DNA of 64,000 nt from assembly GCA_963799625.1 (NCBI GenBank), contig CAWCXU010000002.1, forward strand, positions 419,285 through 483,284, read 5' to 3'. Under the pieces are notes generated by a model. The model was not told the origin of the DNA. It worked only from the letters and a program-made list of their open reading frames with translations, and searched no databases. Both the position numbers and the translations under genes were made by a program. The number at the start of each line of letters is the position of its first letter. Position 1 is the first letter of the stretch. Shown here piece by piece: positions 8,853 to 20,702 of this stretch. Source of the stretch: an uncultured Actinomycetes bacterium. Lineage in GTDB: Bacteria > Actinomycetota > UBA4738 > HRBIN12.

Positions 8853-9889
8853 GACATGTGATCGATCGTGCTGGGCGCGGTCAGTACCAGCTTCGTGGTC
8901 TTGAAGAGGATCTCGATGTCGAAACGTAGCGTTCGGTGGATCAGATGGAACATGTCGTACTGATGGGTGAGGTACTTGGCCTTCACCGAGTTCCCGTAGC
9001 CGACGTTCAGCGTACCCCACCCGGTCATCCCGGGACGAACCGAGTGTCGCACGTCGTATTGGGGAACGTGTTGTTCGAGGAGCTCCACGAACGCCGGGCG
9101 CTCGGGCCTCGGCCCGATCAACGACATATCCCCCTTCAACACGTTGATGAACTGCGGGAACTCGTCGATCCGGTACTTGCGGAGCACCGCGCCGACGCGC
9201 GTCACGCGGTCGTCGTCGGCCTCGGCCCATCGAGGACCTGCACGCTCGGCATCGATCTCCATCGTGCGGAACTTCACGATCCGGAACGGTCGCTTGTCTC
9301 GTCCGATCCGCTCCTGCTTGAACAGGACCGGTCCTCGGTCGTCCAGCCAGATCGCGACAGCCACGAACGGGAGCAACACGAACAAGAGCAGGCACCCGAG
9401 GATCCCGCCGACGATGTCGATGGTCCTGGACACGATCCGACCGAAAAGACCTGCAGCCTTGGGCACCTCGGTCGCGCCCTCCAACGACGCGATGCGGTAC
9501 CGGCTCTTCGCGAGGCTGCGGACGCTCGTGATGCCGACGCCGGCATCCAGCAATCGGCGCACGACATCCACCGTAGCCGGTGTGACGGTCTCGGTGTGCA
9601 GCGTCACGACGACGGTGTCGTCATCGAGATCGAAGATCGGGAACGCGCCATCCGGTTCGACAAGCTCGACATCCGGCTGCACGCGTAGCCAGTCGGGCGC
9701 CTCGTTGCCGAGGACGATCACCTGGCCGGTTTGGATGACCCGCCTTGTCATCCGCCTCGGCTGGGACTGTTTGGGAAAGGCTTCATCGCGCTCGGTTCGA
9801 AGGACGGTCAAAGGGGTGACCTCCGATAGCTCGATGGGGTGGGATGGGCGCTCATCATAGTGCGAGTCGCCGGGTGCGAGATAGCGCAA
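8849..9889 (-). CDS. Polyprenyl glycosylphosphotransferase (bacterial sugar transferase, WbaP/WcaJ-like short form)
   Basis: A single TM (IVGGILGCLLLFVLLPFVAVAIWL) is followed by the PF02397 signature …RIVKFRTM…DEFPQFINVLKGDMSLIGPRP…. An alternative start is MTRRVIQ at 9751. Confidence 0.85.
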   Translation of the reverse strand: MRYLAPGDSHYDERPSHPIELSEVTPLTVLRTERDEAFPKQSQPRRMTRRVIQTGQVIVLGNEAPDWLRVQPDVELVEPDGAFPIFDLDDDTVVVTLHTETVTPATVDVVRRLLDAGVGITSVRSLAKSRYRIASLEGATEVPKAAGLFGRIVSRTIDIVGGILGCLLLFVLLPFVAVAIWLDDRGPVLFKQERIGRDKRPFRIVKFRTMEIDAERAGPRWAEADDDRVTRVGAVLRKYRIDEFPQFINVLKGDMSLIGPRPERPAFVELLEQHVPQYDVRHSVRPGMTGWGTLNVGYGNSVKAKYLTHQYDMFHLIHRTLRFDIEILFKTTKLVLTAPSTIDHMS

Positions 9890-9966
9890 CTTGGTCGCAG
9901 CTGGACTACGCCATCTGTACTAGAAATGGGTTCCTACCGGCATCTTGTGAACGTACTATCCACATC

Positions 9967-10647
9967 ATGGTTCGCGTAATCGTCGCCGATCCACAACCCT
10001 TCTTTCGCCAAGCATTCATGACCGCGTTGGCACACGAGACAGGGTTCGAGCCGCTGGACGATTCCGGCGACGAGATCGAGACGGCCGCAACGGCGGTGGA
10101 GGGAGCCGCGGATCTCATCCTGACCGAGATCGAACTCGCCGGCGGCTCCGGGCTGCACCTGCCGGCCCGGATCGGGGCCAGCGTCCCGGTGATCGTGGTC
10201 ACGCGCCACCATGAGGCGGAGGTGCTGATGGACGTGGCGGTCTCGGGGGCCGTGGGATGCATCAGTCATGCGGTTGGTCTCAAGCGCGTCGTCGAACTGC
10301 TGCGCGGCTTCCGGCCCGGCCGTTTCTGTGTCGATGACGAGCGCCTGCTCGAGATCCTTCGCCAGGCCGGACGCGCTCCGGTCCAGGAGAGCGACAACCT
10401 CCGGAGGCTGACCGTGCGAGAGCGTGAGGTCCTTGTCAGGCTCTCCTCGGGTGCAACCGACGACGCCATCGCGGAGTCGCTGTACATCAGCCGTCATACC
10501 GTTCGGACGCACGTCGGGAACATCCTGCGGAAGCTCGGCGTGCACTCTCGGGCTCAGGCCGCTCGCCTCGCGCTCGCAGCCGATCCGGATCGGCGGTCGC
10601 AGCCGGACGTGTTGCGGATCGATGGCCCTGGCTGGGGAAGCGATTGA
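9967..10647 (+). CDS. LuxR-family (NarL/FixJ-type) response regulator with an atypical receiver domain
   Basis: MVRVIVADPQPFF…DLILTEIELAGGSG…VIVVTRHHE… is followed by a LuxR HTH (LTVREREVLVRLSSGATDDAIAESLYISRHTVRTHVGNILRKLGV). The position aligned to the phospho-acceptor Asp appears to be Glu (LTEIEL). Confidence 0.8.
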   Translation: MVRVIVADPQPFFRQAFMTALAHETGFEPLDDSGDEIETAATAVEGAADLILTEIELAGGSGLHLPARIGASVPVIVVTRHHEAEVLMDVAVSGAVGCISHAVGLKRVVELLRGFRPGRFCVDDERLLEILRQAGRAPVQESDNLRRLTVREREVLVRLSSGATDDAIAESLYISRHTVRTHVGNILRKLGVHSRAQAARLALAADPDRRSQPDVLRIDGPGWGSD

Positions 10648-10683
10648 ACCTCGACGGGGAGAACGTCGGCGGCCGACAGGCCA

Positions 10684-11294
10684 TGATCGTGTCGGGGGAC
10701 CCGCTCTTCCGCGACGCCGCGGCCGCTCACCTCAGATCGCACGGGTGGCTCGTCCCGACGTGCGAATCCGACGGGATGCGGGCGCTCTCCCTGCTCACTC
10801 GACAACCCATCGACGCCATCCTCATCATCGGGGAGGTGGCGCGGATCGGGGGCGCCGCACTCAAAACCGAGGTTGGGCGTCGGTGGCCGGAGATCGTGGT
10901 GGTCACGCTTCCCAACGGCTACCCGTCGGGAGAGAACGACGTCGCACTCGAGGCCGACACCGACGAGGTCCTGGCCTCGTTGGGGTCGCCGACGCCGCCG
11001 GGCCCGACCCTAGACCCGAACTCGGACCCCGTCGTCTTGCGGCTCGCCTCGTTGACACCGAGGGAACGGACGATCCTGCGAGGACTCGGGAATGGCGAGA
11101 CGCCGGCCGAGATCGCCGAGGGCCTCGGCCTGAGCGGGCATACCGTCCGCTCCCACCTAGCGAACCTCCACCACAAGCTCGACGTGCATCGACGGGTCGA
11201 ACTCGTCCGGCTCGCCGCCGTTGCGGGACTCGTCAGCGAGGAGGCCGATCACGGACGATCGGGCACGGCTGCGGATGAACCTGCGGGCCGCTGA
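10684..11294 (+). CDS. Second LuxR-family response regulator with an atypical receiver domain
   Basis: MIVSGDPLFRDAAAAHL…IDAILIIGEVARIGG…VVVTLPNG… plus a LuxR HTH (LTPRERTILRGLGNGETPAEIAEGLGLSGHTVRSHLANLHHKLDV). The track ORF starts at TTG 10644, which overlaps the previous stop (TTGA). The ATG at 10684 fits a receiver N-terminus. Confidence 0.75.
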
Positions 11295-11324
11295 CCCAAC
11301 GGCTCACGCTCGACCGGGGATATC

Positions 11325-11355
11325 GAAGGGGCGGGGCCGAAGGCCCCGCCCCTTC
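11325..11355. terminator. Perfect hairpin forming a bidirectional intrinsic terminator between the convergent LuxR-family gene and groEL
   Basis: gaaggggcggggcc-gaa-ggccccgccccttc gives a 14-bp perfect GC-rich stem with a 3-nt loop in the 90-bp convergent intergenic region. Confidence 0.6.
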
Positions 11356-11384
11356 GTGGAGCGTTTCGAGGTGCCGAACGGAGG

Positions 11385-13353
<1,969 letters not shown>

Positions 13354-13406
13354 CTCCTGGGTCCCTCCTTCTGATGCGGGTCCGACTAGATGACCCGGGA
13401 CGTTGG

Positions 13407-13433
13407 TTAGCACTCCCGGGTCGTGAGTGCTAA
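13407..13433. promoter_or_regulatory. CIRCE operator (HrcA binding site) upstream of groES-groEL
   Basis: TTAGCACTC-ccgggtcgt-GAGTGCTAA is an exact match to the CIRCE consensus TTAGCACTC-N9-GAGTGCTAA. It lies about 55 nt upstream of the groES start. Confidence 0.9.
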
Positions 13434-13509
13434 CAGGATAGCCAGGAGAGTGCCAACTCGGCAAGGCGAGGTCCGTTGACCCGGCTTCCGGCCGGGCGGA
13501 GACTGCGCC

Positions 13510-13938
13510 ATGCAGCAACCGCCGCCACCTCCCCCGGCACCGGCGGCACCGCCCACGCGGCGCGGCCTCCCGAAGGGTCTCAAGCTCCTGTTCGTCCTCC
13601 TGGCCGTGTTCTTCGTGCTGACGGGGGTCATCGCGTACGCGAACCGGTGGTTCATCTCGTACGTGACCTCGACCAGCCCGCACGCGATCACCTATGAGGT
13701 CACGGGGAGCGGGACGGCGCAGGTGGCCTACGGGACGCCCGAGGGCACGACGACGGACACGGTCTCGCTCCCCTGGGAGGTGACCCTGACGGTTCCCGAC
13801 GGGTCGATGCTGTCGATCGCGGCGACCGGGACCAGCGGCGGGTTCCTCACCTGCCGGATCAAGTGGGAGGGACACACGATCGGGCTCGACACCGAGTCCG
13901 CGAACCAGCCGGCGTGTCAGAAGTCGGCGACGGCCTAG
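13510..13938 (+). CDS. MmpS-family small membrane protein (single N-terminal TM, Pro-rich N-terminus)
   Basis: [15 protein letters not shown]…[21 protein letters not shown]…[20 protein letters not shown]…[10 protein letters not shown]…[28 protein letters not shown] shows the MmpS-like layout with the two conserved Cys. Confidence 0.7.
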   Translation: MQQPPPPPPAPAAPPTRRGLPKGLKLLFVLLAVFFVLTGVIAYANRWFISYVTSTSPHAITYEVTGSGTAQVAYGTPEGTTTDTVSLPWEVTLTVPDGSMLSIAATGTSGGFLTCRIKWEGHTIGLDTESANQPACQKSATA

Positions 13939-15104
13939 CCGGCTTTGGCCGGCGGTCCAGGCTCCGCAAGGGCCGGCAGCGGCTCCGCGCGCACCCAGGC
14001 GATCCGGTCGGGGATGCTCCCGTGGGTCGCGAACAGCAGCCGCGCGACCCGGCTCGGGTCGAGGTCGGCGAGGTTGGACACGGCGAGACGCCGCAAGAGC
14101 AACGCGAACCCCACCGGGTCCCGCGTGAGCCGGACGCCGAACAGGTCCGCGGCGCGCTCCTGGCTGCGGATGTACCCGACGACGATCGGTCGCAGGGCGA
14201 TCCCGAAGGCCCCCCACACCAGCAACAGGAGCGGCACATAGGTCGGATCAGGAGCGACGAAGGGCACCCGTGTGACGAGCCCGCCGAAGAACGCCACGGG
14301 CACCCCGTCGTATAGCAAGGCCCCGGGGAGGCGATCGACGAGCGTCACCGTCGCGACGAACACGACCGCGGCCACGGCGAGGAACACGCCGAGCCGCTTG
14401 ACCGTGTGGTGCAGCCGCATGTGCCCGAGCTCGTGGGCGACGGCGGCGTCCAGACAGATCGGACCCTCGGCCGCGAGCGTGTCGAACACGACGAGCCGCC
14501 GCGTCGGCCACACCCCGACCACGAACGCGTTCTGCCGGCGCGTGCCCTGCATGACCTTGCGGACGCGGACACCGTCGAGCTGGACGCGGGATCGGCGGAT
14601 CAGGCTCCGGAGTCGTGCGGCCGTCGGCGGATCGTCGACCTTGTGCGCGGACGCAGCGACGAGCAACGGCGCGACGAGGACGGCGACGGGGAGCCACACG
14701 AGCGTCCCGACCATCTGGCCGTACCCGAACAGCACCACGTCCCAGATCTGCTGCATCCAGGCCGGTCCCGCGAGGATCAGCAGCAACCCCCACACGAGCG
14801 ACCGCACCGGCAACTGATGCCAGCCCTGCGACAGGCCCTGCGCTCGCTCGTCGCGCGCGCCGGCGAACGCGACCGGGATCGTGAGCGCCCAGCCGATCGC
14901 GAGGCTCACGGCCGCGATGTCCCACACCGACCCGGTGCCCGAGCCCGAGGTCGACATGGATCGCGACAGACCGGACACGTACACACCCACGAACGCCGCC
15001 GCATAGAGCGCCTGGCGCCAGACGAAGCGTCGATACCGGCGACGCGCGAACGCGGCGGCCCGCGCGCGCTCGCGTTCGGTGAACTCGCCGACCGCGTCGG
15101 CCAT
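13935..15104 (-). CDS. M48-family zinc metallopeptidase (HtpX/Ste24-like) membrane protein
   Basis: [29 protein letters not shown]… has multiple TM segments. [10 protein letters not shown] provides the HExxH zinc motif, and a downstream [10 protein letters not shown] glutamate motif follows. The 881-aa track ORF 13935..16580 fuses this gene in frame to the TPR tail of the upstream decayed regulator. Confidence 0.75.
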   Translation of the reverse strand: MADAVGEFTERERARAAAFARRRYRRFVWRQALYAAAFVGVYVSGLSRSMSTSGSGTGSVWDIAAVSLAIGWALTIPVAFAGARDERAQGLSQGWHQLPVRSLVWGLLLILAGPAWMQQIWDVVLFGYGQMVGTLVWLPVAVLVAPLLVAASAHKVDDPPTAARLRSLIRRSRVQLDGVRVRKVMQGTRRQNAFVVGVWPTRRLVVFDTLAAEGPICLDAAVAHELGHMRLHHTVKRLGVFLAVAAVVFVATVTLVDRLPGALLYDGVPVAFFGGLVTRVPFVAPDPTYVPLLLLVWGAFGIALRPIVVGYIRSQERAADLFGVRLTRDPVGFALLLRRLAVSNLADLDPSRVARLLFATHGSIPDRIAWVRAEPLPALAEPGPPAKAG

Positions 15105-18100
15105 CAACCGGTCGAGGCGAGCGCGTCGACCTCGGGCAGGTACAGGCGGGCGCCGCACGCCTCCAGGAGCGACCGCGCACGCTCGAGCGAGGGCGCGGGA
15201 TCCAGGCCCGCGCGCCGCTCGGCACGAGCGAGCTCGATGACGAACGCGCGCCTGCTGCACGCGGATCCCGAGTCGCTCGAGCGTGTCCGCCGCCCCTCGC
15301 AGGTCGTCGACGGCCATAGAGGCGTCCGGCTCGAGGAGGCCACGTCCGACCGAGACGACCGCGCGGATCGCGGGTGACGTCCCCCGCGCGTCAAGCCGTT
15401 CCCAGATCTCGGCCGCCTCCTCGCGCCCACCGCTCCTCGAGAGGGCGATGAACAGGTCGAGGAACAGCCATTGATCGGCGTTGACGCCGGACCCTGCGAA
15501 CGCAGGCTCTATCCCACGACGCATGTGGCGGATCGCTTCGTCCGTATCGCCGCGCGCCGAGGCGATCATCGCGTGGATCCGTTCGCCTCGTGCGACGCCT
15601 TGTGCCTCTGTTCGCTCCCGAAGGATCGCATCTGATGACGCGAGTTGCGCCTCTCCATCCTCGATCCGGCCTTGCTCGAGCACGCAGCGCGCGAGGTCTT
15701 GATGGGTGAATCCCATCAGGGGCCCGTCACCGACCTCGCTGGCGGCAGCCAACGCCTCCGCCAGCGTCTCCTCCGCCACCGAGAGCTCGCCCCGCTCGGT
15801 CCGGATCACGCCGGTGTTCTCCAGCTGCCATCCGACGAAGCCGGTGGCGCCCGCCCGTCTGGAGACCTCGAGACCCTCGGTCGCGATCTCGAGCGCGCGC
15901 GGCAAGTTGCTCGCGTCCGTGGTGAGGGTCGACGCGAAGTTCGTGTAGATCCGCAGCAGGTTCACCTGATCGTCGACCTGCTTCGCGAGGACGAATGCAT
16001 CCTCCATCATCGCCAGGCCCTCATCGGTCGCACCGATCTGGGAGAGCTGGACCGCCAGCGTGTGCGTCGCCCCCGCGAGCACCTCCGGTGCGTCGACCCG
16101 GCGTGCCATCTCGACGGCACGCCGCAGGACTTCGGTCGCGTCTTCCCCTCGTCGCCAGTGCAGCCAACCGGTGCGATGCAGGGCTTCGGCGAGTTCGGCG
16201 GACTCGCCGAGCGGCTCGAGCAACGCGAGCGCGGCGTCCGCTTCAGCCTCGGCGGCTCCCTCGTCGCCGAGCTGGAGCTCGATCAAGATCATCAGCGCGT
16301 GCGCGGCGCCTGCGCCACGATCGTCGCCGATCTCGGTCGACAAGGCGATCGCGCGTCGCCCGGCTACCGCCGCCCGCTCGTTCGGGATGGTCCCCCACCC
16401 GGCGTCGAGCACGGCTCGGGCAACCGCGGCGCGCTCTGCGGCGGTCGCGTCCGTGCGCTCGCTCAGGCGGAGCGCGTGCTCGTACCAGTACGCGCCCTCG
16501 GCGCGGAGCCACAGAGCGAGCGCGCGATCCCCGGCCGCCCGCGCCCATCGGTAGGCCTGCCGCAGGAGGCGCGGGTCCACCGCCGCGCCGAGCTCGTCGA
16601 GGTACGAGATCGCCTCGCGCAGGTGCGTGGCGAGCAGCTCCGCGATCTCGTCCGCGCGGTCGCCGGCCCGCTGCTCCGCCCACCGGGCGACCTCCTCGTG
16701 CTTCGTCGCCCGCGGTCGACTTCGGCAGCGAGTCGTAGGCGCCGTCGCGGATCAGCGCGTGGCGGAACACGAGCTCGGCCTCGCCCGAGAAGCTCGAGGG
16801 CTCGTTGCGGCAGGACGAGCTCCTTCACGCGGAGGCGGCCGAGCGCCTCGCGCACCGTCGCCGGCATCACAGCCCGTCGAGCGTCGCCACCGCGCCGGCC
16901 CAGAAGACCCGGCCGACCACGGCGGCGTCCTGCAGGAACTCCTTCTCGTCGCTCGGCAGCGCGTCGAGCCGCGCCGCGATCAGCGCCGTGGATCGAACGA
17001 GGGACCTCGACGTCGGTGACCGGCTGTGCGATCTCCCACCGCGTCGCCCTCGGCCGCGCGCAGCACCCCGTCGTCGATCAGCTTGCGGACGATCTCCTCG
17101 ACGTACAGCGGATTGCCCTCGCTGCGGTCGGCGATCACGCCGCGCGAGCTCGGCGCCGACCTCGGCCGAGAGCAGATCGCGCGAGCATCGCGGCGCTCTC
17201 GTCGGCCGACAATGGATCGAGGTAGATCGCCGCGGCGTTGCGCTTCCCGCCGCCCCAGGACGGGCGCGCGTCGAACAGCTCGGGCCGCGCGAGCGCCACG
17301 ATCATGGATCGGGCCCTGCGACCAGTCCGCGAGGTGGTCGATGAAGTCCAGCAGGCCGGCGTCGGCCCAGTGGATGTCCTCGAACAGGAGCACGAGCGGG
17401 TAGCGCGCGGCCATCCGCTCGAGGAACCGGCGCCACGCGTCGAAGAGCTCCTCCCGCGCAGAACGACCCCGCGTCGCCCGCGCCGACCAGCGCGCGCGAT
17501 CTGCGGCACCACGCTCGTCGTCGCCGAACAGCTCGACGACGGCCTTCTCGACCTTCTGTCGCCGCGACGTCGGTCGGATCGTCCTCGAGGATCTCGCACT
17601 GGGCCTTGATCGCATCGGCGAGCGCCGAGTACGCGGCGTTGGCGTAGGCGAGGCAGCGGCCGCGGCGCCAGTAGACGAACTCCGGCAGCGCCTCCACGTA
17701 GCGCCTCGAGCTCGCGCGACGAGCCGGGACTTCCCCACTCCGGCGGGGCCGATCACGGTGACGAGCGCCGGCCGGCCCTCGCCCTGGACGCGCTGGAACG
17801 TCTGCGTGAGCACGGCGAGCTCCTCGTCGCGACCGACGAGCGCCGCCTGCATCCCGAGCTGCGGGCGTTCGCCGCGCTGCTGGGCGCTGGATCGCGGAGC
17901 ACCTGCCAGGCGGGCACCGGGCTCGGCCTTGCCCTTCGAGGTCGAGCGGCCGGCAGCTCGCGGTACTCGATCACGTCCTTGGTCGCGGCGTAGACGCCGC
18001 GGGCCGACGATCGACGCGGCCGGGCTCGGCGGCGCCCTGCAGGCGTGCGGCCGACGTTCACCGCATCGCCGGTGAGCATCCGGTCGCGCGGGCCGCTCAC

Positions 18101-18558
18101 GCGTCCTGAGTCGACGAGGACCTCGCCGGACTCGACCCCGATCCGCATCTGCGAGCTGCGGCATGCCCTCGGCGGCGAACGCGTGGTTCAGCTCCGACAG
18201 CACGGCCTGCATCTCGAAGCCCGCCCGGACCGCGCGCTCCGGCATCGTCGTCGTGGGCGCGCGGGACGCCGAAGATCGGCGAGCACCGCGTCGCCCATGA
18301 ACTTCTCGAGCGAGACCCTCGTGCCGCGCGATCTCCTCGCTCAGCCGGTCGAACGCGCGGCCGACGACGCGCCTGGACGACCTCGGCGTCCTCGCGCTCG
18401 GCGAGCGACGGTGGAGCCGACGAGGTCGGCGAACAGGACGGTCGCGAACTTGCGCTCCATGCGGCCGCTGGCTCGGGCTCGACCAGCGGCTCGCCGCATC
18501 GCAGGCAGAAGCGCGCCTCGTCGGGGTTCTCCTGGCCGCAGCGCAGGCAGGTTCGCAT
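15104..18558 (-). pseudogene. Large Zn-ribbon/adenylate-guanylate cyclase/AAA ATPase/TPR signal-transduction regulator, disrupted by five or more frame switches
   Basis: The N-terminal Zn ribbon MRTCLRCGQENPDEARFCLRCG (ORF 18097..18558) and the cyclase motifs fall in three frames. …IFGVPRAHDDDA… is in one frame, …ERAVRAGFEMQAVLSELN… in a second, and …MRIGVESGEVLVDSGRVSG…TGDAVNV…KGKAEPVPAWQVL in a third. The AAA P-loop is VIGPAGVGKSRLV, and the conserved block YPLVLLFEDIHWADAGLLDFIDHLADW is in a different frame from MIVALARPELF…AAAIYLDPLSADESAAML. The TPR region and a C-terminal …LARAERRAGLDPAPSLERARSLLEACGARLYLPEVDAL* tail end at 15104. Confidence 0.7.
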
Positions 18559-18595
18559 GCGGGACAGGGTATCGGCGCGCTGCTCGGGCGCGGGC

Positions 18596-19384
18596 TCAGG
18601 CCATCTGAATCTGGAAGGACCGCTTCGCGAGGCCCAGGAAGAACCCCTCGATCTCGGTCTCCGGGGAGGCCTCCGGGTCGCTCGCGGCGCCGAGCGTCAC
18701 GAAGAGCGGCGCGAAGTGCTCGACCGTCGGGTGCGCGTAGGGCATGCCCGGCGCGCGGCGGAAGTCCATCAGCTCGTCGACCGCGCCCCGGTCGAGCGAC
18801 TCGGCGGCCCACAGGTCGAACTCGCGTGACCAGCCGGGCGGCTCGGCGTCGGGACGCCAGTCCCGCAGGAACGGCAGCCCGTGCGTCATGAACCCCGAGC
18901 CCATGATCAGCACGCCCTCGTCGCGGAGCGGCCGCAGCCGCTGCCCGATCGAGAACAGGTGCTCGGGATCGAGGTCGGGCATCGAGATCTGCAGCACCGG
19001 GATGTCGGCCTCGGGATACATCACGAGGAGCGGCACGAACGCACCGTGATCCATGCCGTAGTCGGGCGCCCAGGCCACCGGCTCGGTATCGGGCATCATC
19101 GCCTGCACCGACGCGGCGAGCGCCGGGGCGCCCGGCGACCAGTAGGTCATGTCGTAATAGCGCTGCGGGAACCCGTAGAAGTCGTAGGTCAGCGGCGTCT
19201 TCCCGTCGGTGGCACCGATCGTGAGCGGGGCCGACTCCCAGTGCGCGGAAACGACGAGGATCTGCTTCGGCTTCGGCAGGTCCTTCGCCCAGGTCTGGAG
19301 CTGGGAAACCCACAGGGCATCGTCGACCAGCGGCGGGGCTCCGTGGCCGAGGTAGACGGCCGGCATCCTGGTGGGTTCGTCCAT
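18596..19384 (-). CDS. Extradiol ring-cleavage dioxygenase, class III (LigB/4,5-DOPA-dioxygenase-like)
   Basis: MDEPTRMPAVYLGHGAPPL…ILVVSAHWES…DHGAFVPLLVMYPEADIPVLQISMP…LIMGSGFMTHG… shows the typical YgiD/LigB-family motif order. Confidence 0.75.
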   Translation of the reverse strand: MDEPTRMPAVYLGHGAPPLVDDALWVSQLQTWAKDLPKPKQILVVSAHWESAPLTIGATDGKTPLTYDFYGFPQRYYDMTYWSPGAPALAASVQAMMPDTEPVAWAPDYGMDHGAFVPLLVMYPEADIPVLQISMPDLDPEHLFSIGQRLRPLRDEGVLIMGSGFMTHGLPFLRDWRPDAEPPGWSREFDLWAAESLDRGAVDELMDFRRAPGMPYAHPTVEHFAPLFVTLGAASDPEASPETEIEGFFLGLAKRSFQIQMA

Positions 19385-19415
19385 CACGCCACCCTGAACG
19401 CGAGCGGGGCGTCCG

Positions 19416-20672
19416 TCATTCCTCCAGCTCCAGAGATTCTTCCGCCGGCACGACCGTCCCGACCGTGCCCCGCTTGATCGCGCGGGCATAGAGCAGGAGC
19501 ACCGGCAGCCGGAGCAGCCCCGACACCACGAGGGCCGCGGGGACCGACGCGTTGCCGATCACGCCGAGCGCGGGCCCCCCGGCCGCCTGGCCGATCGCGT
19601 CGGACTGCGAGCCCATCGAGTTGATCGTCGCTCGCGTCGAGGGATCGAGCCCTTGGTTCACCCACGCGTCGAAGATCGGCTCGCGGACGTTCCGGACCGC
19701 GACGACGAGCCACATCATCAGCACCGCGAGCCAGAACACACCGGCGAGGCCGAAGACCACGACGCCGCCGATCAACACGAGGTCGATCACGCGCAGGAGC
19801 CGGGCGACGTGCGCGTGTCCGTTGAGGTGCGTGCGACGCCGCACGGTCGCCAGGCCGACGATCCCGAGCACGAGCGCCACGCCGTCGATCAGCGCGTACC
19901 ACACGATCCGGTTCAGGTTCCCGATCTCCGGCAGCCCGATGTCCTTGAGGATGTGGAAGTCGGCGAGGCGGTCGAACCCCTCGGTCGAGGCGCCGTGCAG
20001 CGCCGCGGTCCCGAGGATCAGGAAGAGCACGTGATGCGCGCGCACCTGCCGTACGCCCTCCTTGAAGGTGGTCACCATGCCGGTGTGGACCCGCGCTCCC
20101 TCGGCGCGCGGCTTCGGCGTGAAGCCGTCCTCGGGCATCACGAACAGCATCGAGATCCCGAACACGACGATCGCGAGGCCACCCGCGACGATCGGCAGCC
20201 GGTAATCGATCGTCGCCAGGCCGACGCCCACCACGATCCCGGCCAACGCCGCGACGTTGGAGATCTGCGACCCGCGCAGGTAGTGCGGGCGCGCCTCCTC
20301 CTCCCCGAGCTCGTCGGTCAGCCACGCGACGTCGGCGCCGCTCTGGAACGACGCGAACACGCCCCACAGCACCTGCGAGAGCGCGGCCACCAAGAAGGAG
20401 TGCGCGATCCCGAGCAACGCGAACGCGAGACCGGAACCGACCAGGCCGATCACGACCGACAGCCGGCGGCTGACCGTATCCGCGACGACCCCGGTCGGGA
20501 CCTCGCACAACAGGTAGGTGCCCTCCAGGATCGTGCCCAGCAGCACGAGCTGGAACGGCGTGAAGCCGAGCGTGAGCACGACGAAGATCGAATAGACCGT
20601 GAAGATCATGCGGAACAGGAACCCGTCGCCCGCGCTGTAGATCGCGTAGGCGGTCGCAGCGTTCTTCCTCAT
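19416..20672 (-). CDS. MFS transporter
   Basis: 418-aa ORF with about 12 predicted TM segments and an MFS-like repeat structure. The overlapping 440-aa ORF 19384..20706 is the alternative-frame artefact. Confidence 0.85.
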   Translation of the reverse strand: MRKNAATAYAIYSAGDGFLFRMIFTVYSIFVVLTLGFTPFQLVLLGTILEGTYLLCEVPTGVVADTVSRRLSVVIGLVGSGLAFALLGIAHSFLVAALSQVLWGVFASFQSGADVAWLTDELGEEEARPHYLRGSQISNVAALAGIVVGVGLATIDYRLPIVAGGLAIVVFGISMLFVMPEDGFTPKPRAEGARVHTGMVTTFKEGVRQVRAHHVLFLILGTAALHGASTEGFDRLADFHILKDIGLPEIGNLNRIVWYALIDGVALVLGIVGLATVRRRTHLNGHAHVARLLRVIDLVLIGGVVVFGLAGVFWLAVLMMWLVVAVRNVREPIFDAWVNQGLDPSTRATINSMGSQSDAIGQAAGGPALGVIGNASVPAALVVSGLLRLPVLLLYARAIKRGTVGTVVPAEESLELEE

Positions 20673-20702
20673 GGGATGCCCCTCGGACGGACGCGCGCGT
20701 AC

